Of a stretch of DNA of 64,000 bases, positions 47,098 to 57,235 are shown in pieces. Made by a program: the position numbers and the translations under genes. Source of the stretch: an uncultured virus (IMG/VR IMGVR_UViG_3300031566_004355) (lineage: Duplodnaviria > Heunggongvirae > Uroviricota > Caudoviricetes). The notes beneath the pieces are model-generated. The model ran no database searches. It saw only the letters and a program-made list of their open reading frames with translations, and was not told the origin of the DNA. Location: the IMG/VR virus record IMGVR_UViG_3300031566_004355; one strand, written 5' to 3'. The stretch's first letter is position 1, and the number at the start of each line of letters is the position of its first letter.

Positions 47098-47217
47098 AAC
47101 TATGAAAGCTGGTAAATACACAATACTACTAACAGCCCTGACACCAGTGTTTGCGTTGATACCTACAACTGTAGGGACAAGCTTGCAGTATGTCCCCGGA
47201 GAAGATGGAGGTGTGCA

Positions 47218-47547
47218 ATGACTCTAGTGGTAACGGTAGCGATTGTGTTGGTACTTACTGGCCTAGCGTTCGTACTGAAGAACGCGATACTACACATGGT
47301 TTGCGTACCCGCTTGGATTGTTCTTGGGATTCTTTTGTGGAACCAGGCGAGCGGGGCGGACAACGCGTACGTTCCGACCGCTCTCATACTCTTGGCAATC
47401 TCAATGGTTATAGTGAACTTGATAACGACGGTCAACCACTACTTGGGGCAGCGTACCGCACCTCCGACCCACGACGAAGTTCAGGCCAGATATAAGAAGC
47501 GTGTGCGCGATATAACACACCGAGAAAGAGATTGGCCGTGGCCGTGA
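47218..47547 (+). CDS. 3-TM membrane protein
   Basis: SD GGAGGTG; three hydrophobic helices. Confidence 0.6.
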   Translation: MTLVVTVAIVLVLTGLAFVLKNAILHMVCVPAWIVLGILLWNQASGADNAYVPTALILLAISMVIVNLITTVNHYLGQRTAPPTHDEVQARYKKRVRDITHRERDWPWP

Positions 47548-48617
47548 AAACTGTCATAATAGTACCGACATACAACGAGGCCGAGAACATCCCAGAGTTG
47601 TGCGGCCGCATACGGCAGAGTCTTAGTGGAGTCGACTATAGCATTTTGGTTATGGACGACTCGCCGGGGCGTCATACCCTCGATGCAGCTCTCAAGGAGG
47701 GTTGTGGGGCAGTATGGCGAACTTCCAATAGAGGACTCTCTCCTGCGGTACTAGAGGGTATTGGTCACGCTCGAGCCCGCTCCGACTGTGTGGTTGTTAT
47801 GGACGCGGACCTTCAGCACCCACCAGAAGCGCTTCCACGATTGCTGAAAGCTCTGGAGACTCACGACTTCGTCGTCGCGTCCCGGTATGTGCCTGCAGGA
47901 AGCTGTGGGAAGTGGGGGTTGCGACGGAGACTTATCTCTCGAGTTGCCAATCTTCTAGCAGCTCCCTTAGTGGCATTCAAGGTCAAGGACCTCTCGTCGG
48001 GGTTCTTCGGGTTCCGCACAAACTCCCTGGGCGACCTGACTGATGTAAGAGCCTGCGGGTTCAAGGTAATGTTAGAGTTGCTAATCAAGAACCCGTGGCG
48101 CAGCGTCCACGAAGTCCCTTACACTTTTGACATGCGTGCTCATGGCGAGTCGAAGCTTAGTCGGGTGCAAGTAGTCGGCTACCTTCGGCAACTAGTCGAC
48201 CTATACCTACACCGCTTCCGGTGGATACGCTTCGGGCTAGTTGGACTAGTTGGTGCAGTAATTAGCTATCCTATACTCTACTCACTTACTGAGTATGCAG
48301 GTCTGCACTATGTAGTGTCGGCGGTCTGTGCTGTATTGGTCGGAGCTACGTGTAACTACTACTTGAACAACCGCTGGACATTTAAGGAGCAACGGCGCCG
48401 AGGTCTGAGGAACCACCTTAAGGGCTGGCTGAGCTACCAAGCAATGGCAGCGGTCGGGGACTACGGAGTGTACCTGGTTGTACTAGTCGTCCTCACAGAG
48501 CTCGCCGGACTGTGGTATATGCTGTCGGCGGTCATAGCCCTGTTTGGAGCATTCGCATTCAAGTACACTCTCGCCAAGCGATTCATATGGAGGTCTGGAA
48601 ATGTTCGAGCGACGTAG
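47544..48617 (+). CDS. Polyprenol-phosphate glycosyltransferase (GT2, DPM1-like) fused to GtrA-like domain
   Basis: IVPTYNEAENI, MDADLQHPPE, ASRY, D.SSGFF, GESKL; GtrA RFGLVG...NYYLNNRWTF. Confidence 0.9.
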   Translation: MKTVIIVPTYNEAENIPELCGRIRQSLSGVDYSILVMDDSPGRHTLDAALKEGCGAVWRTSNRGLSPAVLEGIGHARARSDCVVVMDADLQHPPEALPRLLKALETHDFVVASRYVPAGSCGKWGLRRRLISRVANLLAAPLVAFKVKDLSSGFFGFRTNSLGDLTDVRACGFKVMLELLIKNPWRSVHEVPYTFDMRAHGESKLSRVQVVGYLRQLVDLYLHRFRWIRFGLVGLVGAVISYPILYSLTEYAGLHYVVSAVCAVLVGATCNYYLNNRWTFKEQRRRGLRNHLKGWLSYQAMAAVGDYGVYLVVLVVLTELAGLWYMLSAVIALFGAFAFKYTLAKRFIWRSGNVRAT

Positions 48618-49383
48618 TTTTTGGTACGTCTGCATCGGTGTGGTTCTAGCAATCCATATTGGCGTATCGACTACCTACGCAGCACTACCCGACAACGAAG
48701 AGATGTTTGGGTGGTTGAACGTAGTCCAGCACTTCCTACCTACGCTGGCGCTTGTGTTTCTATGGACGAAGCTCCAGAGAGGCCTGAACCCCGTCCTTAA
48801 GGTAAGACCTTGGACAACTGCAGTCCTAGCGCTCGTTGTGACTGCGTTCGTAATATACTTCACTATTGAGGCACAGCGTTGGTTCGCGTGGACTACAATA
48901 GGACTGCTAGCACTACTGATAACGTTCGTTGCGAACATGCGTCCGGACCTACCCAACACCTCTCGTTGGGTGCTCGGAGCTGCTACTGTCTTCCTTGCGA
49001 TGGGCATATGGGAGTGCCTGTACCAAGTAGGTGTGTGGCTCTTCTATGACTTCTTTGGGTGTAGTACGATGAGCTTCGTTGTTACTATCGGGCTACAGTT
49101 CCTGTGGATAATTCCAGCCCTCATCACCATTCTGGTACTGTACCAACGAGGTCTCAGGTTCAGGATACCCAATATCGCGTTGATGTGCCTGGCTATATCA
49201 GTCGTAGCTACCATTGTCTGGTTCGTGACCGGTATGGATATTCCCCTGTTATTCTGGGAAGGCAGGTTCATAGGCCTTAACGAGGCTGCGAGGCCTTGGT
49301 TAATAAGCGTGTCGAGAGCTAGTCAGGCGTTCTGGCTCGTCGGCGCGGCACTAATACTCTCAACGCCCAAGGAGGTAAAATGA
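48601..49383 (+). CDS. Multi-pass membrane protein
   Basis: About 8 hydrophobic segments; GGAGGT upstream of ATG 48601. Confidence 0.65.
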   Translation: MFERRSFWYVCIGVVLAIHIGVSTTYAALPDNEEMFGWLNVVQHFLPTLALVFLWTKLQRGLNPVLKVRPWTTAVLALVVTAFVIYFTIEAQRWFAWTTIGLLALLITFVANMRPDLPNTSRWVLGAATVFLAMGIWECLYQVGVWLFYDFFGCSTMSFVVTIGLQFLWIIPALITILVLYQRGLRFRIPNIALMCLAISVVATIVWFVTGMDIPLLFWEGRFIGLNEAARPWLISVSRASQAFWLVGAALILSTPKEVK

Positions 49384-50414
49384 AGATACTCGTAGCTGGA
49401 GGTTGTGGCTTTCTAGGGTCTCATGTGTGTGAGCTCTTCAAGAATAAGGGCTGGGACGTAATTGCGTATGACAACATGACCAAGTTCGAGACTGACCGAA
49501 TCACGTTCGGTGACCCCGAGCGTATTCGGTACTACAATCTCGACTACCTACAACAGTTAGGCGTCGATGTCGTGCGTGAGAACGTCCGGGATTTTCAGAT
49601 GGTGCGGGACTGTGCCGAAGGTTGCGACTACATTATCAACTGTGCGGCTCAGCCTACTATGACACTGTCCTCGGAACGTCCGGGGCTGGACTTCGAGACT
49701 AACGTCATAGGTGCGCTTAGTATCCTAGAGGCTGCACGAAAGCACCATATTCCCGCAGCCTTCTGCTCGTCTATACACGTTTATGGCACAGGCATAAACG
49801 ATGAAGTAACTGAGGGCCCCGATAGGTACTACCGCCGACCATCAGCTATAGACGAGTCGCATCCCGTGTTAACAGGAGTGTTGACACCTCTACACGCATC
49901 TAAGCGAGCGATGGAGATATACGTACAGACGTACGCACAAACCTACGGACTTGACTTAGCCGCTTTTCGTCTTACGGGCATCTACGGCCCGCGACAATTC
50001 GGGAGTGAAGACCATGGGTGGGTTTCGCTCCTAGCAATCAAGGCGATGTTGGAGCTCCCTATACAAATTATTGGTACCGGCAAACAGGTTCGAGACATAC
50101 TGTACGTGAAGGACGCAGCAAGGGCATTTGAGTACTGGTTCGAGAAGGGTAGGCCATCAGGCATCTACAACATAGGTGGAGGTCCCGACACTCTCGTGTC
50201 AGTACTAGGCTGCCTCGACAAACTGTGCGACCTTAGCCAGACTCGTAGGAACTACACGTTTGGCGGAGAGCGCAGAGGCGACTTGTTGTACTTCGTATGC
50301 GACAGTGAGAGGGCCTGGGTAGACTTTGAGTGGCGTCCTACTGCAAGCGTTAACTACGGACTAAAGGAGTTGGTAAATTGGTTACAAAGTATTCGAGACA
50401 TGTTCCATGCATAA
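49380..50414 (+). CDS. NAD-dependent nucleotide-sugar epimerase/dehydratase (CDP-tyvelose epimerase-like)
   Basis: GGCGFLG, AAQP, LHASK, IYGPRQFG.EDHGWV, GKQVRDIL. Confidence 0.9.
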   Translation: MKILVAGGCGFLGSHVCELFKNKGWDVIAYDNMTKFETDRITFGDPERIRYYNLDYLQQLGVDVVRENVRDFQMVRDCAEGCDYIINCAAQPTMTLSSERPGLDFETNVIGALSILEAARKHHIPAAFCSSIHVYGTGINDEVTEGPDRYYRRPSAIDESHPVLTGVLTPLHASKRAMEIYVQTYAQTYGLDLAAFRLTGIYGPRQFGSEDHGWVSLLAIKAMLELPIQIIGTGKQVRDILYVKDAARAFEYWFEKGRPSGIYNIGGGPDTLVSVLGCLDKLCDLSQTRRNYTFGGERRGDLLYFVCDSERAWVDFEWRPTASVNYGLKELVNWLQSIRDMFHA

Positions 50415-51082
50415 TACCGTGTGGGGGGTCCAGCACCCGACTCGGTACAGGCGAGAATAAGTGTTTGACGGGAGTCATCCCGCCTCTAGGCTGGGTTGTG
50501 AACTTCTGGAGGTCTCGCGGCGTCGAACACTTCATCTGTATTGTAGGTGGCGAGCACGCCAGTGAGACGGAGCAGCTGGTACGTGACTTCGCACCTCAGG
50601 CGGTCGTCATTGACCGTGGCACAACTGTTAATCTCGCTCAGGCGTTGCTACTCGCAGCAGACCTGGTCGACGACAGATTTATTCTAGCCCTCGGAGACTG
50701 CCTCAATATCGGCGACTTCGTCTCTTCGTGGGACGTAGATTTCGGAATCGGAGTGTGTATCACCAGCGTCGCAGAGTTTCGCAAGAACTATGCAGTACAC
50801 CTAAGCAACAGCGTTGTTATGCAACTCGTTGAGAAACCTACGGGCGCTCTGAGTCTGTGTGGGATGGGAACTTACTTCCTACACCGTAGAATTTTCGACT
50901 ACATTCGGCGACTTAGACTCCCCAACGAGGCTACGAGCGTCGACCTAACTGGCGCGCTTCAGCTAGCCATTGGGAGCGGCGAGGACATTCGTCCAATCTA
51001 CTTCGAGGGTACGTACATCAACGTTACGTACCCTGCAGACGTACAACGAGTAGAGGAGTTATACAGTGCCAGTACCCGCTGA
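50378..51082 (+). CDS. Sugar-phosphate nucleotidyltransferase
   Basis: CGGSSTRL..K, LALGD, LVEKP, YINVT.P.D. Confidence 0.8.
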   Translation: MVTKYSRHVPCIIPCGGSSTRLGTGENKCLTGVIPPLGWVVNFWRSRGVEHFICIVGGEHASETEQLVRDFAPQAVVIDRGTTVNLAQALLLAADLVDDRFILALGDCLNIGDFVSSWDVDFGIGVCITSVAEFRKNYAVHLSNSVVMQLVEKPTGALSLCGMGTYFLHRRIFDYIRRLRLPNEATSVDLTGALQLAIGSGEDIRPIYFEGTYINVTYPADVQRVEELYSASTR

Positions 51083-52319
51083 CCATGACGCTACGGCTAA
51101 GGCTATAGGGTTTGGAGGCGTCGCTAAGATGATGTCCAAGGCTGTGCTTAACTATCGTCGTACGATGTGGTTCTTGGCACGCCAGAGACGATTCCGAGAC
51201 TTGTACAACTTCTTCTACACCAAGACACTCGTACCTACTGGTGAGGGCTCTGGAGAGCTCGCGTACTACTTTATAGGCGGACTCCTACAGAAGTACCCTC
51301 GATTCGCGCCTTATCCTCGAAACATCGAAGTTGAGATGTCTACGTACTGCAACAAGAAGTGTATAACGTGCGAGCATACCTTCTGGAGAGAGCCATCACG
51401 ACATCTTCGTTTCGACCAGTTTAAGACCCTCGTCGACCAGTTTCCGTTGAGATGGATTAACATGACTGGTGAAGGCGACGCGTTCCTTAACCCAGACTAC
51501 CTCAAGGAGATAGCTTACCTAAAAGCGAAGGGAGTGAGTGTCTACCTTGTAGACAGCTTCGACTTGGTCACGCCTGCTATTGCAAGACAGCTCGTGCACA
51601 TGCAGGTAGACGGCATATACCTTTCGATGGACGGTGCATCTAAAAAGACCTACGAGGCCGTTAAGGTAGGATGCAGTTACGAAAAGGTCCTGGACAACAT
51701 CTCGGCGATGTTGCGGTGCAAGGAAGAGTTGCGCACCCCGTTACCTGAACTGAGTATACGGTACGTTATTAACAATCAGAACATGCACGAGATGGCAAAG
51801 TTCGTGCAGGTTATAAGCAGCTTAGGGCCAAAGCGCGCCTGGGGCGACGGGTCGAGACTTCACTTCTCGAGGTTGCTTGACTACCCTGAAATTCATCACC
51901 TCTACCCAGGAACTATACCCGAGGAGTACGTTCGCGAGGCTGCTCAAGTAGCAGCACAGGACCCCAACAGTCTTACACCCATATTCGCACGTACCGACAC
52001 TCACAATCCGTCTGTTAACCGATGTCTTGCTTGGATGGAACCGTACTTACCTCTGGTACCGCATCCGATGGTAGTGGCGTGCTGCGCCTTGATGATGTCT
52101 AACGACCGTGCTCGCGTCGAGAAGTACAGCTTCGGCGACTACACTAAGGAGCCCTTTAAGAGTATCTGGAACCATCCATACTACAAGTGGTTCCGTCGAA
52201 CAATAACGAACCCGAACATGCCCGTGCCGGCTGCATGTGCAGGTTGCAGGGCGTACGATACCGAGACACGTGTCGCGCAGCGCGGCGTCGATGAGAGGAC
52301 GAGGGAGAACTTCGAGTGA
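51066..52319 (+). CDS. Radical SAM protein with SPASM/twitch domain
   Basis: CNKKCITC, TGEGD, C.AW..., ACC, CAGC. Confidence 0.85.
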   Translation: MPVPADHDATAKAIGFGGVAKMMSKAVLNYRRTMWFLARQRRFRDLYNFFYTKTLVPTGEGSGELAYYFIGGLLQKYPRFAPYPRNIEVEMSTYCNKKCITCEHTFWREPSRHLRFDQFKTLVDQFPLRWINMTGEGDAFLNPDYLKEIAYLKAKGVSVYLVDSFDLVTPAIARQLVHMQVDGIYLSMDGASKKTYEAVKVGCSYEKVLDNISAMLRCKEELRTPLPELSIRYVINNQNMHEMAKFVQVISSLGPKRAWGDGSRLHFSRLLDYPEIHHLYPGTIPEEYVREAAQVAAQDPNSLTPIFARTDTHNPSVNRCLAWMEPYLPLVPHPMVVACCALMMSNDRARVEKYSFGDYTKEPFKSIWNHPYYKWFRRTITNPNMPVPAACAGCRAYDTETRVAQRGVDERTRENFE

Positions 52320-52624
52320 TTCTCTTTCATGGTACCACGAGCCGAAACGTCGACGGAATACGCCGCGGGGGTCTGAGGATGCGACGAGAGATTCCGGACG
52401 AGCCCACTCTGCCTGCGAGAGTGTGCCTAACAACTGACTACGATGAGGCGACGAGCTGGGGAGACGGAACAGTCGTGGTGGTCGACGTTCCAGACAATTG
52501 GGTGCACGAGAGAGGCTACGCAGCAATGGACGAGCAACAGGTTCATCACAACATCTCCCCGAGTATGATAGTGAGAATAGACACACCAACAGACGGCCCG
52601 AGTACCGAGAATTGTGAGCGGTAG
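52316..52624 (+). CDS. Small ADP-ribosyltransferase-fold protein (Tpt1/KptA NAD-domain-like)
   Basis: LFHGT...I...GL...VCLT.D...A..W...ISP..I. Confidence 0.65.
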   Translation: MILFHGTTSRNVDGIRRGGLRMRREIPDEPTLPARVCLTTDYDEATSWGDGTVVVVDVPDNWVHERGYAAMDEQQVHHNISPSMIVRIDTPTDGPSTENCER

Positions 52625-53003
52625 AGATGCTATGAGGACGTACTACCACCTGACACCTACACGCAACCTAAGGTCCATCAAGTCCCAGGGACTAGTTCCT
52701 GGACAGCCCTTGGGGTTCGCGTCCGAGGTTGAGGGTACTACCGGTAAAGTGTTCCTAGGCCGCAGCACTGAGGAGTGCAGGGAGCAGTTCAATCTCTTTG
52801 GCGGCAACGAACCCGGACTCAGGGTAAAGGACTGGGCGTTGCTACGCGTCGATTTGTCTGAGGATTGGCCCCTACTACGCGACGGATGGGACTATCTATA
52901 CACTGTGAAGGCCATTCCCCCACGATTTATCACCGTAATATACGAGAGTGAGCGTAAGTACCTACGCAACCAGCTTGGCCATCTTGTGGAGGGTGAGAAA
53001 TGA
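52614..53003 (+). CDS. Small ADP-ribosyltransferase-fold protein
   Basis: YYHLT...L.SI..QGLVP...VFL...LLRVD...IPP.FI. Confidence 0.6.
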   Translation: MSGRDAMRTYYHLTPTRNLRSIKSQGLVPGQPLGFASEVEGTTGKVFLGRSTEECREQFNLFGGNEPGLRVKDWALLRVDLSEDWPLLRDGWDYLYTVKAIPPRFITVIYESERKYLRNQLGHLVEGEK

Positions 53004-54091
53004 AGATACTAATAGTACATCCTCAAATGGGACAGTTTGGAGGCGCTGAGCTGGTAATTGTACGCATGTCTCACTTACTACAGTCCTGGGGACACGAAGT
53101 CGACATTCTCACGCTCAGTGCCTCGAAGCACCCAGAGTACGAGGACCTGAACTTTATTCTACCAAAGCGGCAAATAGAGTACAGACTTCGAACCGGCATC
53201 CGGTACTTCCCAGACATCGCGTCCATCTACCTGTCCTTGCGAAGTATGTGCAATAGTAGGTTCAGACACTATGATGCAGTTAACATTCATAATGCCCCCG
53301 CTATGTGGGCTGCGCCAACCCAGGGCAAGGTCGTTTGGATGTGCAACGAAATTCCCGACTTGTGGCACACACATGTAGTGTCCCTTCCTACGCGTCTGGG
53401 GTTTGGAGTCGGCAAGAGAGTTGACCGACACCTTGTGAGGGCCCGAAACCCAATAGTGGTTGTGGCGGATAGACAATGCGCACAACGTGTACGAGAGCGA
53501 TACGAGCTCGAGGCACACGTAAACCATTACGGTATCGACGCATTCGAGCCGAGCAGTAACAGGAGCAAGACGTTTACGATACTACATCCCGCGATGGTCT
53601 CACCATCTAAGAACCAACTGGAGGTACTACGAGCAATAGTAGAGCTACGCAAGGCAGGAATAGATGTAAGACTAATCATATCCGGGTACTACGAGCCTTC
53701 ACACCCCTACACACTCTTACTTCAGGAATACATCCGAGAGCACCACTTAGATGTGCAGTTCGTGGGACTCGGCTCGAGAGCCGTCCTACAAGAGCTGTAT
53801 GCGCAAGCACATGTAGCAGTATTTCCGGGTCGGGGACAAGGGTCGTGGCTTGGTCCCTTCGAACAGCTAACTCTAGGCACTCCTATAGTAGTCTCTCCAA
53901 AGCTCAGCTGTTCAGAGCTCGTGAACTCCATGGGCCTAGGTACCGTTACGGAAGACTTAGCGGACGCCATTCGGGACATTTACGGCAGCTACGCTGACTA
54001 TGCTAAGCAGGCACTACACGGCCGAGAGTTCGTGGTGCACGAGTTGACTTGGGGACGCTTTACGAAACGGATGTTGGAGCTGATGCAGTGA
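53000..54091 (+). CDS. GT4 glycosyltransferase
   Basis: MKILIV..GGAE, SPSKNQ, LYAQAHVAVFP..QGSW.GPFE....GTPIVVS. Confidence 0.85.
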   Translation: MKILIVHPQMGQFGGAELVIVRMSHLLQSWGHEVDILTLSASKHPEYEDLNFILPKRQIEYRLRTGIRYFPDIASIYLSLRSMCNSRFRHYDAVNIHNAPAMWAAPTQGKVVWMCNEIPDLWHTHVVSLPTRLGFGVGKRVDRHLVRARNPIVVVADRQCAQRVRERYELEAHVNHYGIDAFEPSSNRSKTFTILHPAMVSPSKNQLEVLRAIVELRKAGIDVRLIISGYYEPSHPYTLLLQEYIREHHLDVQFVGLGSRAVLQELYAQAHVAVFPGRGQGSWLGPFEQLTLGTPIVVSPKLSCSELVNSMGLGTVTEDLADAIRDIYGSYADYAKQALHGREFVVHELTWGRFTKRMLELMQ

Positions 54092-54954
54092 AGCTGTCTA
54101 AGGAACTCCGGAATGTCCGTCGGATGCTTTTACTGGGAGTAGTAGCATCGGCAATACTCGTAAACCTTCACTCGGCTGCTGCCGGCATAACTGCGTGGTG
54201 CCTTCTGATGCTACTTGTAGCAGTGTACATGTTCGACGTTGTGCACCAGTCCATCGGAAACCCGCAACTCCTAGGCAAGACCGTGACACTAGCCAAACTG
54301 TTCTGCAGGGGTCTTAGAGTTCCTGAACACCACAACCTCGACAACGTCAAAGGGTACTACGCTCAAGAACAGTATGATTGGATAACCGATGTCAAGTTCC
54401 CAGAGATACTACTCCACGACAGACGCAGGGTCGCAATGTCAACGAAGACGCCCGAGTACATCGGCGACTCTGAAGTGTTGGACCTCGGCTGCGGTACAGG
54501 ACTCATAACGCAAGTACTCCCTGGACGGGTTACTGGGGTCGATATAAGCGCCTGGAAAATCGAGAGGGCGCGCCAACACTGCCCTCGAGCCACGTTCGTT
54601 GTGGACGACGTTGAGGAACTGGGCAAGTTGGACGGCTCGCTACGATTCGACGCAGTAGTGTGCACGGACGTTCTGGAACACTTAGAGAGGCCAGACAGAG
54701 CAGTAGCAACCGCTTGGAGGGTGCTCAAGCCTGGAGGCGTTCTGTTGGGTACCGTGCCTACCCGTAGCGTCATTTGGAAACTGCGGAGGTTCTTAACCAC
54801 TGCAGACTCTTCTGGAGAGCCCTTTCACATACACTATAGCAGAGAGATGCTCCAGAAGCTCCTCGAGTCCTTTACCCTCAAGGAGATATCCAAACAGTGT
54901 TTGGGGCTCGAGTGGTTCTTTGCGGCAGTGAAGAAGGACGCAAATGAAAACTAA
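54088..54954 (+). CDS. Membrane-anchored class I SAM-dependent methyltransferase
   Basis: VLDLGCGTG, GVDIS, FDAVVCTDVLEHL, VLKPGG; two N-terminal TM helices. Confidence 0.85.
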   Translation: MKLSKELRNVRRMLLLGVVASAILVNLHSAAAGITAWCLLMLLVAVYMFDVVHQSIGNPQLLGKTVTLAKLFCRGLRVPEHHNLDNVKGYYAQEQYDWITDVKFPEILLHDRRRVAMSTKTPEYIGDSEVLDLGCGTGLITQVLPGRVTGVDISAWKIERARQHCPRATFVVDDVEELGKLDGSLRFDAVVCTDVLEHLERPDRAVATAWRVLKPGGVLLGTVPTRSVIWKLRRFLTTADSSGEPFHIHYSREMLQKLLESFTLKEISKQCLGLEWFFAAVKKDANEN

Positions 54955-57055
54955 AGTCCTCCTAGGGTTGCTGTTCGTAGGACTGACAGCGATATACTTC
55001 CGGTTCGTCATTTGCGCACCGGAAGGCGCATTACTGACTAACCACCTTGCTACTGACTTGTACGGACACTTTGTACACGTATGGGGGAGACTGAACCTCC
55101 TCCGAGAGGGATTTATACCCCTGGGGGACTACTGGGTGCTCAGAGGAGGAGGCTTTCCTGCGGCGCTCAATGACCAAGTGATAATGCAGCACGAACTCTT
55201 GTTGACGGCAGTGTACACCCTCACCCACAACCTAGAACAGTCTCTGAGAGTACTCATACCCTTCTTCTACCTCGCTACACTTGCGACAGCGTACTGGTAT
55301 GGCAAGGTACTGTTCAAGCGTACCGACGCGAGCGTAGTACTTGCAGTCGCGTACGCTTTCTGTGCCTATAGTGTCAACCAGCTCGAGCACCTCGAGTTAA
55401 TTGGGGTTCAACCTTTCATACTCCTTGCCCTCATATACCTAGAAAAGACTCTCCAGGACCACAGACCCCTACATATCGTGCTAACGGGCCTGTTCCTGCT
55501 CTTAGTGGCTACATCTAACATGTACCCACTATACTTCCTGATGCTCTTCATAATCGCACGTTTGTCCTGGCACATTGTATCGTCCCCGCAACGTCTGAAG
55601 ACCGCGAAAAGTGCAGCCAAGATTGGCGTAGTCTTCCTAGTAGCTTTGGTGCCCCTAATACTCCCTACTCTCCTCAACATGCCTACGCAGGAAGCAATCG
55701 ACGGACGAGGTGCGGCCATAGCAGGATACGCTCAGCCGCCCATACTGTACTTTCTCAGGAACGCTCCCTACGAGCCCTATACAACCGAAACCTATGTCAT
55801 GTACATGGGAATAGTAGTACTCCTACTTGCTGCAGTACCGATGGTGTTGAGACGCGACCGGAAGGGTCTATACATCTTTCACGTTGCTCTGGCAAGCTTC
55901 TTCATGCTGTACGCCGTAGGACAGTACGGGCCAGTCAATCTAGCATCGTGGATACACGACCACGCTCCTCTTGCATTCTTCATACAGGTACCTGGGAGAG
56001 CTATGGTAATGGGATATTTGAGCCTAGCCGTGTGCGCGGCATATGGCTTCACCCTCATAGCAGACAGACTGCCCAAACATCGATACTTGTTGGTTCTGGT
56101 AGCAGTCGTCGCGATTTTTGCAGACCTCACAATAGGGTTCGAGCATCACACAATGCCGGCGTACTTTCAACCCACGAGTGCCTACGAGTTCGTGGGAAAG
56201 CAACCCGGCGACTTTCGGGTAGTAGAGGTTCCCCTAATACACGGCCAACAAGCAATGACCACAATCTACACCGAACACGATACTGTAGGACCTACCCTCT
56301 GGGCGTTCGGGCTCTTTGCGCCGCTAGAGGCATTCACGACCGAGTACGAGAACTATACTAACAGCGACATCGACGCTTACAGGTCGGCACAGTACAACGT
56401 CCGCTACGTTATAGTAAACACCGACCCGGAGTACTACACAACCTTCGAGAGAGCCCTAGAGGCTCTGAACGGGCCAACTCTAACTGAAGTACAGGAGCTT
56501 GACAGGACACTTGAAGAGTCTCAAGACTATACTCTGGTCCACAGCAGTTCATACACTAAAGTGTACGAGAACACCGCTTGGCAGGGACTAGTAACATCTG
56601 AGGGAGCCGATTACTTGACCTGGTCACAGTCCAGTCCCAATTGTATTAACATAGACTACAGCAGCGCTCTGCCAACCGTCATTCAAGTGAGCCAGAGTTA
56701 CTCGGAAGGCTGGGTAGCGTCTTCTAACGGTGCGACGTATACGATTGCCAACCTTCAGGGAATACAAGCAATTGCTGTGCCAGAAGGAACGCGTCACGTA
56801 ACACTCCAGTACGTCAACTACACCACGTGGGTCGCGATGGCTTTAGGGTTCTTGGCGGCGCTAGTATGCGCAATACTATGCATTTGGAGGAGGAAACTAT
56901 GGCCGGTGCTAATAGCAGTAGGAATAGGACTAACAATCCTAGCGTTCACGATGGTACCACCACTACTGTATCAATATGCCACGTGGGCACTAGGCGGTGC
57001 TTGCATACTCTCAGGAGTATGGCTTTGTATTACACGGGTTGGAGGTTCATCCTAA
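54944..57055 (+). CDS. GT-C / YfhO-like membrane glycosyltransferase
   Basis: More than 10 TM helices, GGFP, PGR, SQSYSEGWVA...GTRHVTLQY YfhO-like C-terminus. Confidence 0.7.
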   Translation: MKTKVLLGLLFVGLTAIYFRFVICAPEGALLTNHLATDLYGHFVHVWGRLNLLREGFIPLGDYWVLRGGGFPAALNDQVIMQHELLLTAVYTLTHNLEQSLRVLIPFFYLATLATAYWYGKVLFKRTDASVVLAVAYAFCAYSVNQLEHLELIGVQPFILLALIYLEKTLQDHRPLHIVLTGLFLLLVATSNMYPLYFLMLFIIARLSWHIVSSPQRLKTAKSAAKIGVVFLVALVPLILPTLLNMPTQEAIDGRGAAIAGYAQPPILYFLRNAPYEPYTTETYVMYMGIVVLLLAAVPMVLRRDRKGLYIFHVALASFFMLYAVGQYGPVNLASWIHDHAPLAFFIQVPGRAMVMGYLSLAVCAAYGFTLIADRLPKHRYLLVLVAVVAIFADLTIGFEHHTMPAYFQPTSAYEFVGKQPGDFRVVEVPLIHGQQAMTTIYTEHDTVGPTLWAFGLFAPLEAFTTEYENYTNSDIDAYRSAQYNVRYVIVNTDPEYYTTFERALEALNGPTLTEVQELDRTLEESQDYTLVHSSSYTKVYENTAWQGLVTSEGADYLTWSQSSPNCINIDYSSALPTVIQVSQSYSEGWVASSNGATYTIANLQGIQAIAVPEGTRHVTLQYVNYTTWVAMALGFLAALVCAILCIWRRKLWPVLIAVGIGLTILAFTMVPPLLYQYATWALGGACILSGVWLCITRVGGSS

Positions 57056-57235
57056 AGCGATGTACACTGCACTTTTTGTGGGGCTCATTTGTGGGGTCGT
57101 TGGTGTATGTGTTGACCTCGACCACGTTATCGCATACTTTCGGAAGCACAGTGGGCGTATTCTCCACCAGTACCTACTCATTGCTAGTATCGTTGTGCTG
57201 TGTTGTCTTATCGCATATCTTGGAGGACTACTTTC